A program made the position numbers and the translations under genes. The notes under the pieces are model-generated. The model did no database searches. It was not told where the DNA came from and was given only the letters and a program-made list of their open reading frames with translations. From an uncultured delta proteobacterium (GTDB lineage Bacteria; Desulfobacterota; Desulfarculia; JACQYL01; CAWGVV01), in assembly GCA_963826125.1 (NCBI GenBank), contig CAWGVV010000001.1:1232635-1296634 (forward strand): 64,000 nt of DNA, in the 5' to 3' direction. Shown in pieces: positions 18,488 to 26,541 of the stretch. Numbering within the stretch: the first letter of the stretch is position 1; every line of letters begins with the position of its first letter.

Positions 18488-19636
18488 TTACTTCTTGGGT
18501 TTTACGGAGAACTGAGGCCTGAAATCCTTGGGCCCGAACAGCATTTCATAGGGATACTTGTCGATGTTGGCCTTGGTGATGGTGGGGATGATGGGGCCGG
18601 CCCGGAAGGGGAAGTCCTTGCCCGGAACTTCGCCGTTCAGGATACGGACCATCGCGTCCACCGCCATCTGGCCCTGCGTAACGGTCAGATCGGAAGGAGC
18701 CGCGGCTACGGACCCGTCTTTGATCTTCTCGTACAGAGGCGGAATGATATAGGTGGAAACAACCTTGACTTCCTTGCGGCCCTGTTCGGCGATCGGACCC
18801 ACGGCGGCGTCGGCGGCCACGGCGTTCCCCACAATATAGTCAACCTTGGGGAAGGTCTTGAGCGCGTTTTCGATCAGTTCGAGCTGGACGTTCTTGCCGG
18901 TGTCGCCCCATTTGACGGCGAGGATGTTGATCTTTCCCGAGAACTTGGAAGTGGCATCCTTGAAGCCGTCAAGGGTGTCCGGCGCCCATCCGGAACCGGC
19001 CGGACCGGGCAGAAAAATCACGTTGACTTCCTTCTTGTCCTTGGCATCCTGCATGACGAATTCGCCGGCGTGGTAGCCCATGTCGAAAAAGGAAACCAGG
19101 GCCTTGGCCTTGATGGAGGGGGCCTGGATGTCGTTGATCACTTCAACGACCGGAGTGCCCTTCTTGACGATCTCCCCGACCACCGGGTCGAGAGCGGTAT
19201 AGGAGATGGCGCCCAGGATGATGCCGTTCACTCCCTGCTGGGACAGGTTTTCAATCTGGTCAACCTGCTTGGACAGCTCGGTATATCCGCCCGCCGCAAC
19301 GAGCTGTATGCCTACGCCCAGCCGTTCGGCTTCGGAAATGATGCCGTAGTTGACCGCCAGCCAGTAGGGGTCTTTGAGGTGGGGGAAAGAGACCCCGATG
19401 GTGTAGGGCTTATTGGCTTTTGCCGGGGGAGTCCAGTCTTCCAGTTTGGGGCCCTGCAGACTTTTTGAGGGGCGGCCGGGCTGTTTCTCCTTCACGTCGT
19501 ACTTGCCATAGTAGCTGTTGACCTTCACCGGCCACCACTTATCGGCGGCGAAACTCAAGCCGGCGCACAGGACAAATGCGATACTGGTGAGAAAGAGAAC
19601 ACTTCTCATTGCTTTCGGGGAACGCCACTTACTCAT
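18488..19636 (-). CDS. Periplasmic binding protein, TorT-like (type I fold)
   Basis: Signal peptide; PHLKDPYWLAVNYG, AGGY, PGPAGSGW, WGDTGK resemble TorT. Confidence 0.82.
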   Translation of the reverse strand: MSKWRSPKAMRSVLFLTSIAFVLCAGLSFAADKWWPVKVNSYYGKYDVKEKQPGRPSKSLQGPKLEDWTPPAKANKPYTIGVSFPHLKDPYWLAVNYGIISEAERLGVGIQLVAAGGYTELSKQVDQIENLSQQGVNGIILGAISYTALDPVVGEIVKKGTPVVEVINDIQAPSIKAKALVSFFDMGYHAGEFVMQDAKDKKEVNVIFLPGPAGSGWAPDTLDGFKDATSKFSGKINILAVKWGDTGKNVQLELIENALKTFPKVDYIVGNAVAADAAVGPIAEQGRKEVKVVSTYIIPPLYEKIKDGSVAAAPSDLTVTQGQMAVDAMVRILNGEVPGKDFPFRAGPIIPTITKANIDKYPYEMLFGPKDFRPQFSVKPKK

Positions 19637-19724
19637 ACCATCGCTCCTTTCGGTGTAACGGGTGGTTCGATACGGGAATCGTATCGATGGATCCTGCAGT
19701 TCCGCGTTACGGCGCCACGGACTT

Positions 19725-20015
19725 TCACGCCGTCTCTCTCACCGTCGACGCGTTTACCCCCTGAATGTTGCTTCCAACCCCCCTCTCGATGAATTCCAGA
19801 ACCAGCCTGTTGACTTTCGGCGTCGGCACCGACAGGACCAACCATTCGCGCCCCTGTTTGTCGCGAAGGATGGTTTCCCGTTCGACGGCGATGCCTTCGT
19901 CGGCCAGCAGCTTTCGTGGATCGATCACCGGACGTCTTTCCTGTATCTCAATGAGGATATGGGAAAGCTTCGGTGAAAGCGTCCTTGCGATGTGCTCCTG
20001 TAAGACCGTTTCCAC
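19725..20015 (-). CDS. Small hypothetical protein (96 aa), first gene of the ABC/LamB operon
   Basis: GTG start with GGAGGT RBS (20025-20030) just downstream of the sigma-54 site. Confidence 0.6.
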   Translation of the reverse strand: METVLQEHIARTLSPKLSHILIEIQERRPVIDPRKLLADEGIAVERETILRDKQGREWLVLSVPTPKVNRLVLEFIERGVGSNIQGVNASTVRETA

Positions 20016-20044
20016 GAACCATCGACCTCCCGCGGAAACATATC

Positions 20045-20059
20045 TCAAGAAGCATGCCA
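20045..20059 (-). promoter_or_regulatory. Candidate sigma-54 (-24/-12) promoter
   Basis: Minus strand TGGCATGCTTCTTGA: GG-N10 spacing correct, -12 is GA rather than GC; adjacent to a GAFTGA activator gene. Confidence 0.6.
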
Positions 20060-20195
20060 TCGGCACTAATGGGGCTGCCACAGGCGAGGTACATATTTTT
20101 ATCTTACTGAAATATTTTCTCTTTAATCCATACAAGCGATATTTTGTGGGCCATATGGCAACCGACTTCAATTCCCTCCTACATGTGTACTTTTT

Positions 20196-20294
20196 ATGCA
20201 TTTCTGCATCAAAAAAAGTCGAAACCGGGTGGAAAGCCCATGGCCAGCGGCTCAATGCGTTAACGCATCATAATATGCGCTAACGCATCATAAT
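20196..20294. promoter_or_regulatory. Three ATGC-N6-GCAT palindromes, candidate enhancer (UAS) sites
   Basis: ATGCATTTCTGCAT 20196-20209, ATGCGTTAACGCAT 20255-20268, ATGCGCTAACGCAT 20275-20288; the last two lie in a 20-bp tandem repeat. Confidence 0.65.
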
Positions 20295-20331
20295 GAACGG
20301 GCGTATGAAGGAAAAATTGAAACTGACAGGA

Positions 20332-22101
20332 TCAGACCGGAGCGTCCGGCAGGGCGACCCGATATTTACGCAACTTGCGGCTCACGGTCGACTGGTTCAC
20401 CCCCAGACGGCGCGCCGCTTCCCGCTGGGAACCGTACTTCCGCATGGCCTCGATGATGTGCTCCACTTCCACTTGTTCCACGATTTCGGGCAGAGGCTGC
20501 GGCTCCCCGCTCCCCCGCACGGCGGGGTCGAAGGAGACCGTCACTTCCGCCGGGAGATCGCCCGGCACAACGGTGTCCGAGGAACCCATGACCAACATGG
20601 ATTCCACGATGTTCTGCAGCTCCCGGACGTTGCCCGGATAGGAATAGTGCAGCAGGTATTCGAGCGCGTCACGGTCGATACGCTTGTGCAGTTGATGCTT
20701 TTCACCGATCTCCTTCATGAGGAAGGTGATCAGATCGAAGATGTCCTGGGTGCGTTCCCGCAGAGGAGGAATGTGCAGGGGAACCACGTTCAGGCGGTAG
20801 AAGAGGTCCTTGCGGAACATGCCGTTCCGTACCTGTTCCGCGAGGTCCCTGTTGGTGGCGGCGATGACCCGCGTATCCACCTGCCGGACTTCGGAGCCGC
20901 CCACGCGGACAAGCTTCTTTTCATCGAGAAACCGCAGCAGTTTCACCTGCTGGCTGAGCGGCACTTCGGCGATTTCATCCAGAAAAAGCGTGCCTCCGTC
21001 GGCCATTTCGACCAGCCCCACTTTTCCTTTTGGCCCCGCCCCGGTAAACGCGCCCCTTTCGTAGCCGAAAAGTTCCGATTCGAAGAGGGTTTCCACGATG
21101 GCCGCGCAGTCCACCCGGATGAACGGCCCAGCCGTCCGGTCGGATCGGCCGTGGATGAGCTTGGCCAACATGCCCTTGCCCACGCCCGACTCACCCGTCA
21201 GCAGCACCGTCGAATCGAACCGCGCCACCCGCATGGCCTTTTCGTAGACGGTTTCCATCACCTTGCTGCGGGAAATGAAATGGCTCGCCTCCTTTTCCCG
21301 GAGTTTCAGTCCGGAAAGCTCGTACCGGTAGAGGTCCACCAGGGCCTTGCTCTCTTCCAGTTCCGTCCGCATCCTGTCGAGTTCGGTGATGTCGCGGTCG
21401 TTGATGATGATGACGTCGATCTCGCCCTTGGGATTGAAGATGGGGCTGCCTGTGGCCAGTATCTTCTTGTTGGCCTTGGTGGTCTGCACCATCGTGACAG
21501 TGGTTTTCAGCTTCAACACTTCCAGGCTCACTGAGTTGCTGAAATATTTCTCCGCCACCAGATCGGCAACGTTCCGTCCGATGACCTCTTCGGCCACGCA
21601 CCCCGTAATGCGTTCGGCCGCCTTGTTCAACTTCACCACGTTTCCGTGCCGGTCGGTGATCCACAATCCGTCGTAGGAGGACTCCATGATCGCTTCGAGC
21701 AGATCGGCCATCTGCTTGTAGGAGTCCAGTTCCAGCGCCACTTTATCGTAGGAAAACACGCCCTGGAAAAAGGAAACCACCGCAGCCACGGTGCCTTCTA
21801 TTCGCACGGGCAGCCGGCTGGCGATGTAGAGCTTGTTCCGGATGACCGTACGGGCGCCGATCTGGGGAACCCCGTCCTCGAAGACCCTGGTCACGTCCGC
21901 CCATCCCGCTTCGTCAATGACTTCGGCGTGCCGGCCTTCAAGGTCGGTCAGGGGAATATTCAAAAGCCTTGCCGCCGAAGCATTCGCATACGCCACCTGT
22001 CCGGACGGGATGATCAGGGTAACGCCGTCGGGGAGAATGTCCAGGAGGTTACGAGCGGCCGCAAGAAATGTCGATACGCTGGGTGGAAGGGATATGTTCA
22101 T
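20332..22101 (-). CDS. Sigma-54-dependent transcriptional activator with two PAS domains
   Basis: GESGVGK, ELFGYERGAFTGA, LFLDEI, FRKDLFYRLNV, YPGNVREL, C-terminal HTH; start set at MNISLP. Confidence 0.93.
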   Translation of the reverse strand: MNISLPPSVSTFLAAARNLLDILPDGVTLIIPSGQVAYANASAARLLNIPLTDLEGRHAEVIDEAGWADVTRVFEDGVPQIGARTVIRNKLYIASRLPVRIEGTVAAVVSFFQGVFSYDKVALELDSYKQMADLLEAIMESSYDGLWITDRHGNVVKLNKAAERITGCVAEEVIGRNVADLVAEKYFSNSVSLEVLKLKTTVTMVQTTKANKKILATGSPIFNPKGEIDVIIINDRDITELDRMRTELEESKALVDLYRYELSGLKLREKEASHFISRSKVMETVYEKAMRVARFDSTVLLTGESGVGKGMLAKLIHGRSDRTAGPFIRVDCAAIVETLFESELFGYERGAFTGAGPKGKVGLVEMADGGTLFLDEIAEVPLSQQVKLLRFLDEKKLVRVGGSEVRQVDTRVIAATNRDLAEQVRNGMFRKDLFYRLNVVPLHIPPLRERTQDIFDLITFLMKEIGEKHQLHKRIDRDALEYLLHYSYPGNVRELQNIVESMLVMGSSDTVVPGDLPAEVTVSFDPAVRGSGEPQPLPEIVEQVEVEHIIEAMRKYGSQREAARRLGVNQSTVSRKLRKYRVALPDAPV

Positions 22102-22313
22102 TGTTTCCGGGATCGGTGAGCGATTGCATCGTGTTGTTTCGTTGGAGGGAACATACCACAGCGGTGCGCGGAACGCAAAAGCTCGTGGAGGGGCTCCTTC
22201 CCTTCCGGGTTTCTTCTTTCCCGGAACGAACGGACGCCCGAGGGGGCGTCGGGGAGTTCTTCTCCGCCCTACCCGCCGCAGGCAGAGGAACAGCGTTCCC
22301 GAAGCGTTCCCCG

Positions 22314-22664
22314 CTAGGAGGTTTCGGTCATCCGGACGTCCTCCACCCTGAAAGGAGTACAGCTCACGCCGATGCTCTTTTTCTTCACCCATATCCTGGC
22401 CATGGTCACCGTATGGCCGTCATGATTGACCAGGCTGGGGAGCTTTTCCACGTAGCTGATGTCTTTGGCCAGGAATTCGAAGTACGGCGTGCCGGCGCTG
22501 AATGGATCGATGACCAGGATCACCTTCCGCGGATCATGTGGGTGTTTGTGCGGAGACCCGGTGTAGGCGACGTGCGTTTTCCCGATGGTGGCGAAATCCG
22601 TCGGGGCCTCGTACGATTGAATTTCGAATTTCTTCGCTGTCTGCGGAAATTCCTCCCCACTCAT
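22314..22664 (-). CDS. Conserved-looking hypothetical protein (116 aa)
   Basis: GGAGG RBS; TGSPHKHPHD..LVIDPF..FEF pattern; function not supportable from sequence. Confidence 0.65.
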   Translation of the reverse strand: MSGEEFPQTAKKFEIQSYEAPTDFATIGKTHVAYTGSPHKHPHDPRKVILVIDPFSAGTPYFEFLAKDISYVEKLPSLVNHDGHTVTMARIWVKKKSIGVSCTPFRVEDVRMTETS

Positions 22665-23041
22665 ACCAAATCCTCCCGAAATGGAACTCTCGTATCCCCT
22701 CCGCGCGACTACCGATTCCGGCTTCGAGAACCGTCCCTCATCCGCGGATTCCGATTCCCATCCATCATACGTTCCAATTCCTCCTCGCACAACCGTTGTG
22801 TCGGCGACAGGTGTCCGGGGGTCCTTCCGGTTTTCTACAAAGAGGCCGACTTTGGTGATTTCCCTGATCAAAATACCGTGAAGTCCTGATAGCGGAAAAA
22901 CGGACGTTTCTTGTATTCATAGAACTGCCTCTGAGGTTTATCGTGCATCTGTCGAGTGGCTGTCCCAAACACCAACGTTGAGCACGCCGCCGCCATAACG
23001 GAGTCCTTGGAGGCATCCTTACTTTTCAGGAGTGATCGGTT

Positions 23042-23296
23042 ATGAACCCCGAATGGCTGAACGAGAAAATAAGTCTGGAAGAAGCTGAACAGGATCTCCA
23101 CGCACTTGACTACATACCGGATGAGAGCTGGAGTGAATTCGTCGCCCAAATGCAGGACGACGATCAACTCTGGTGGTTCACCAACACGCAGGTGTTCGGC
23201 GATCCTTCGACTGATGCGGCGGGCTACGCCATCGTGAGAAACGGAAAAATCGTCCGGAGCTGGCGTTTGGTCCTGCAATGGGAAACACTACAGTAG
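23042..23296 (+). CDS. Small acidic hypothetical protein (84 aa)
   Basis: AGGAG RBS, coherent composition, Trp-rich; GYAIVRNGKIV. Confidence 0.65.
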   Translation: MNPEWLNEKISLEEAEQDLHALDYIPDESWSEFVAQMQDDDQLWWFTNTQVFGDPSTDAAGYAIVRNGKIVRSWRLVLQWETLQ

Positions 23297-23632
23297 CGGC
23301 ACGACGCGCATTCCCGCACCTTTCTCCCACCTTCCCGCTCTCGGTTATACCCCTGCGCGGAGTACGTTCCCCCGCACCGAGAGCGTATCACCTGCTTCCC
23401 TGGCGTGAAACCGCCGACGGGTTGCTCTTTTTGACCCTCCGCCGGTCGCCGAAAACCCCTTCTATGGGGCCGCATCATCGTCTTGATTTCAGGTTTCCGT
23501 CTTGTGTTTGATTCCCATTGATCCTATGATGTATGACGTGCGTCCGGCCTCTTCGCGAAAGAGAAATTTTTCTTTTTAAAAGGGGCGATTTTTCCCTTGC
23601 TTTTGCGCCAAAAAACTGGATGATACGCGCCG

Positions 23633-23836
23633 ATGGAACCGATAGAAGAACCGAGACGCAATCCATTTTGCCGACATTACGACGACTGCCTCACGAAAGC
23701 CGCCATCAAGGGGGCCCGCGAACTGCCGTGCCACGGATGCGAGTTCGAGCACGATCAGTTCGGTAGACCGGACATCGAGGCCATCGAGCGTGATGAAGCC
23801 AATTGGGACGTACTATTCCACATCGACGGCGACTGA
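23633..23836 (+). CDS. Small Cys-containing hypothetical protein (possible metal-binding)
   Basis: C-x5-C-x13-C-x2-C pattern (CRHYDDC...CHGC). Confidence 0.5.
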   Translation: MEPIEEPRRNPFCRHYDDCLTKAAIKGARELPCHGCEFEHDQFGRPDIEAIERDEANWDVLFHIDGD

Positions 23837-23985
23837 TCTCCGCTCAAGCCGTCCGCTGCGGCGTACGGGGAACGGCCGACGGAGATGGGACCTGCGCCGT
23901 ACTTCGCTCTTTGCAGCGAGGCGAGGAGCTTCTTTTTTCCACACTCCGGGCGGCCGAACCGCCGGTTTTGTGGAGCAGGTAGGAA

Positions 23986-24210
23986 ATGCCGCTTTTCATT
24001 CTAGCGCTCACGGATGCACGACTGAAAATAAAGAAGATCGGTTTCGACCGCCGGAGCGATGCGAAAAGAGAAGCGCGGAAAGCGGTGCAGGACGGGGTCG
24101 CCATTACCGCCACGGTTTTCGAGGATTTCGGTTTTCTGGGCCCCCCGATACCGGTTTATCGCATTTCCAAAGGAAAAAAACAGGGAAAAAAGCCGGTGGC
24201 GAATCGGTGA
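23986..24210 (+). CDS. Small basic hypothetical protein
   Basis: AGGTAGGA before ATG; no recognisable motif. Confidence 0.3.
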   Translation: MPLFILALTDARLKIKKIGFDRRSDAKREARKAVQDGVAITATVFEDFGFLGPPIPVYRISKGKKQGKKPVANR

Positions 24211-24722
24211 TTCAACTGCTTCAGCCAATCATCCTCGGCATTAAACGCCGTACTTCTCACTTTCCATCCCTTCCCTTTCCGACCGGGCTCATTCCCACAA
24301 TGTTCTGAGTTTTTCCATGGTCTCCCGTGCGCGCTTTTCGCTTCCACAGTGAACGGTAAACCCCCGTCCCACCACGTACCACTGATCGTTCAATCGAATG
24401 ATCCGAAACGGACCGTCGACGGTGGCGTCGACACCTTCAGAGAGCTTGGTTTTATCCATAGAAAACCATTCCCCCGCCCAAGCGTTTCACTTTCCCGCAA
24501 ATCCCTGCTCGCCCATACGGTTCATCGCCGAAGCGCTGTTTCCCTTCCAAAAACCATGCCCGCCTTCGCACGGAAAATCAAGGCGAATTATAGGATTCTC
24601 GAAAATTGCCATGTATGATGGTGTATTCGCACCGTCCCTTATCCGTAGCGTCCGGGTTATTCCGGGGCGAGTGAATATCTCATGGACTCACTCTCATTTT
24701 GGGCCCTTCATTACCGTCACAG

Positions 24723-24754
24723 AAAAAAAGGGCGCATGCCCAAGGCAGCGCCCT
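24723..24754 (-). terminator. Rho-independent terminator after the HesB-like gene
   Basis: agggcgc...gcgccct stem next to an A7 run on + (U-tract on -). Confidence 0.55.
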
Positions 24755-24785
24755 ACAATTTTTCCCGTGGGTTTCCGCCGCGGCG

Positions 24786-25100
24786 CTATCCGCAGGAACA
24801 GCTCCCGCATCCGCCGGACGAGGCAACGGGGTTTTCGGAGGTAATGGAAAAGCCGTTGCCCCGATCATTGCTCACGAAGTCGACGGTAATGGAATCCGCC
24901 AGCTTAATGAGATTCTTGTCCACGACAAAGGTATATGCTCCCTGAAGGAAAAGATCGTCCGTATCTTTTTGATCGTCCAGGAACAACCCGAAAGACCCAC
25001 CGCCGCAGCTCTGGGTCAGCGTAATTCTGATAGGAGTGATTTCCTTGTCCTTGAAATACTCACCAAGTGCAACACCGGCACCTTCCGTCATTTTTACCAT
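24786..25100 (-). CDS. IscA/HesB-like Fe-S carrier family protein
   Basis: IRITLTQSCGG, LFLDDQKDTD, TFVVDK, C-terminal GCGSCSCG. Confidence 0.8.
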   Translation of the reverse strand: MVKMTEGAGVALGEYFKDKEITPIRITLTQSCGGGSFGLFLDDQKDTDDLFLQGAYTFVVDKNLIKLADSITVDFVSNDRGNGFSITSENPVASSGGCGSCSCG

Positions 25101-25182
25101 AGGACCGAATCTCCTCTTAAAGGTTATTGGCATTTTTTATAGTCACTATAGGTAGCATGTCAAGGTTTCGTGTCCCGTCTTT

Positions 25183-26397
25183 TCACCCCTCCCGCATCCA
25201 CAGCCACAGCCCCCCGATGGAGAGGGTGAGCAGGGTGACGGGGACGCCGGTCCTGGCGTGTTCCTTCCAGGACACCACCACACCGAACCGCAAGGCACGG
25301 TCGACCACGATGATGTTGGCAATAGAGCCGACGATGAAAAGGTTTCCCGCCAGCGTCGAAGAAAGAGCCAGTACCGGACCGGCCAGCCGATGGACGGCCG
25401 AAGGCAGGAGCAGCATCACCGCGGGTACATTGGAAACCAGATTGGAGAGAAGAACGCCGGCACAGTACAGCCATGCCGGATGTTGCAGGTCAACTCCCGC
25501 CGCAGCCGCCTTTTCCGTAATGATGTCCAGATTGCCCGTTGTTTGCATGGCGTGATTCACCACGAAGAGGGCAATAAACAGTATCAGCAGGTGCCAATCG
25601 ATGAGGCCCAGGATCTCCCTTGATTTCATGCGGCGGGAACACAGGAGAACGCCCGCGGCCGCCAGAGCCACCACTTCGCGCGGCCAGGGAGCGAACAGAA
25701 AACATCCGGCCACTCCCAGAACGACTACTCCCCCCTTGATCGTTTGCCACAGATCGAACGGAGGTGCGGGAATGTTCCGAACCGCTGCGGCCGTCCGCCA
25801 TCGGCTCCGGTATATGACGCAGATCACCGCCCAGACAACGACGAGGCCGAACAATGCGGGAGGACCGGCGTCCAGAAGGTAGGACGCGAAGTCCATCTGC
25901 AATACCTGACCGATGAGCATGTTCTGCGGATTGCCGATGAGTGTCGCCGCCGAGCCCACATTGGATGCGCACGCCAGGGCCAGGAGAAAGGGAACGGCGT
26001 TGAGATTGCGGAAACCGCTCGCTTCGATCAGAACCGGGGCCATGGCGAGACAGACGATGTCGTTGGCAAGAAGGGCGGACAACCCCCCCGCCGTGGCCGT
26101 CACAAGCGCCAGAAGCGATTGCGGTGAAATTTCCAACCGGGACATGCGACGAACGAGACGAAAGTAAAAGCCGCTGAGCTGAAATTGGACTGACACCACC
26201 ATGAGGCCGAAAAGCAGCGCGATCGTGGGGACGTTCACCGCCTCCCACATCTGCTCCACGTTCAGGACACCCAGGGCCGAAACGCAGATTGCCCCGAGCA
26301 GGGCGACTCCGGTCCTGTCGAGCGCAAGTCCCGGGATCCTTCCCAGCACCATTCCAGCGTACACAAAAGCAAACACGACGAACACCATGGTGTCCAC
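25183..26397 (-). CDS. ArsB/NhaD (IT superfamily) anion permease
   Basis: LDRTGVALLGA, NVGSAATLIGNPQN, SNLVSNVPA, GNLFIVGSIANIIV. Confidence 0.88.
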   Translation of the reverse strand: MDTMVFVVFAFVYAGMVLGRIPGLALDRTGVALLGAICVSALGVLNVEQMWEAVNVPTIALLFGLMVVSVQFQLSGFYFRLVRRMSRLEISPQSLLALVTATAGGLSALLANDIVCLAMAPVLIEASGFRNLNAVPFLLALACASNVGSAATLIGNPQNMLIGQVLQMDFASYLLDAGPPALFGLVVVWAVICVIYRSRWRTAAAVRNIPAPPFDLWQTIKGGVVVLGVAGCFLFAPWPREVVALAAAGVLLCSRRMKSREILGLIDWHLLILFIALFVVNHAMQTTGNLDIITEKAAAAGVDLQHPAWLYCAGVLLSNLVSNVPAVMLLLPSAVHRLAGPVLALSSTLAGNLFIVGSIANIIVVDRALRFGVVVSWKEHARTGVPVTLLTLSIGGLWLWMREG

Positions 26398-26541
26398 AAC
26401 GGTATCCTCAGCCGATGAGAGAAAACCGGAACTGTCTATGCCCGGTTTGCAGTGGTGTCAAGACCGTGGAGTACATTCCCCGAGGGGCGTTTCGGGCGGA
26501 GGAGTGCCGGATTCGTGGGGCGTGTCGATTCCGGGGTTCGA

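Noticed and set aside
20255-20294. 20-bp tandem repeat as a possible mini-CRISPR
   Set aside because: Only two units, no spacers, no cas genes; better explained as enhancer sites.
22102-22392. N-terminal extensions in the ORF track (also 35593-36207, 27964-28167, 14009-14188, 32366-32581)
   Set aside because: Low-complexity translations overlapping neighbours or spacers; downstream starts match domain boundaries and most have an RBS.
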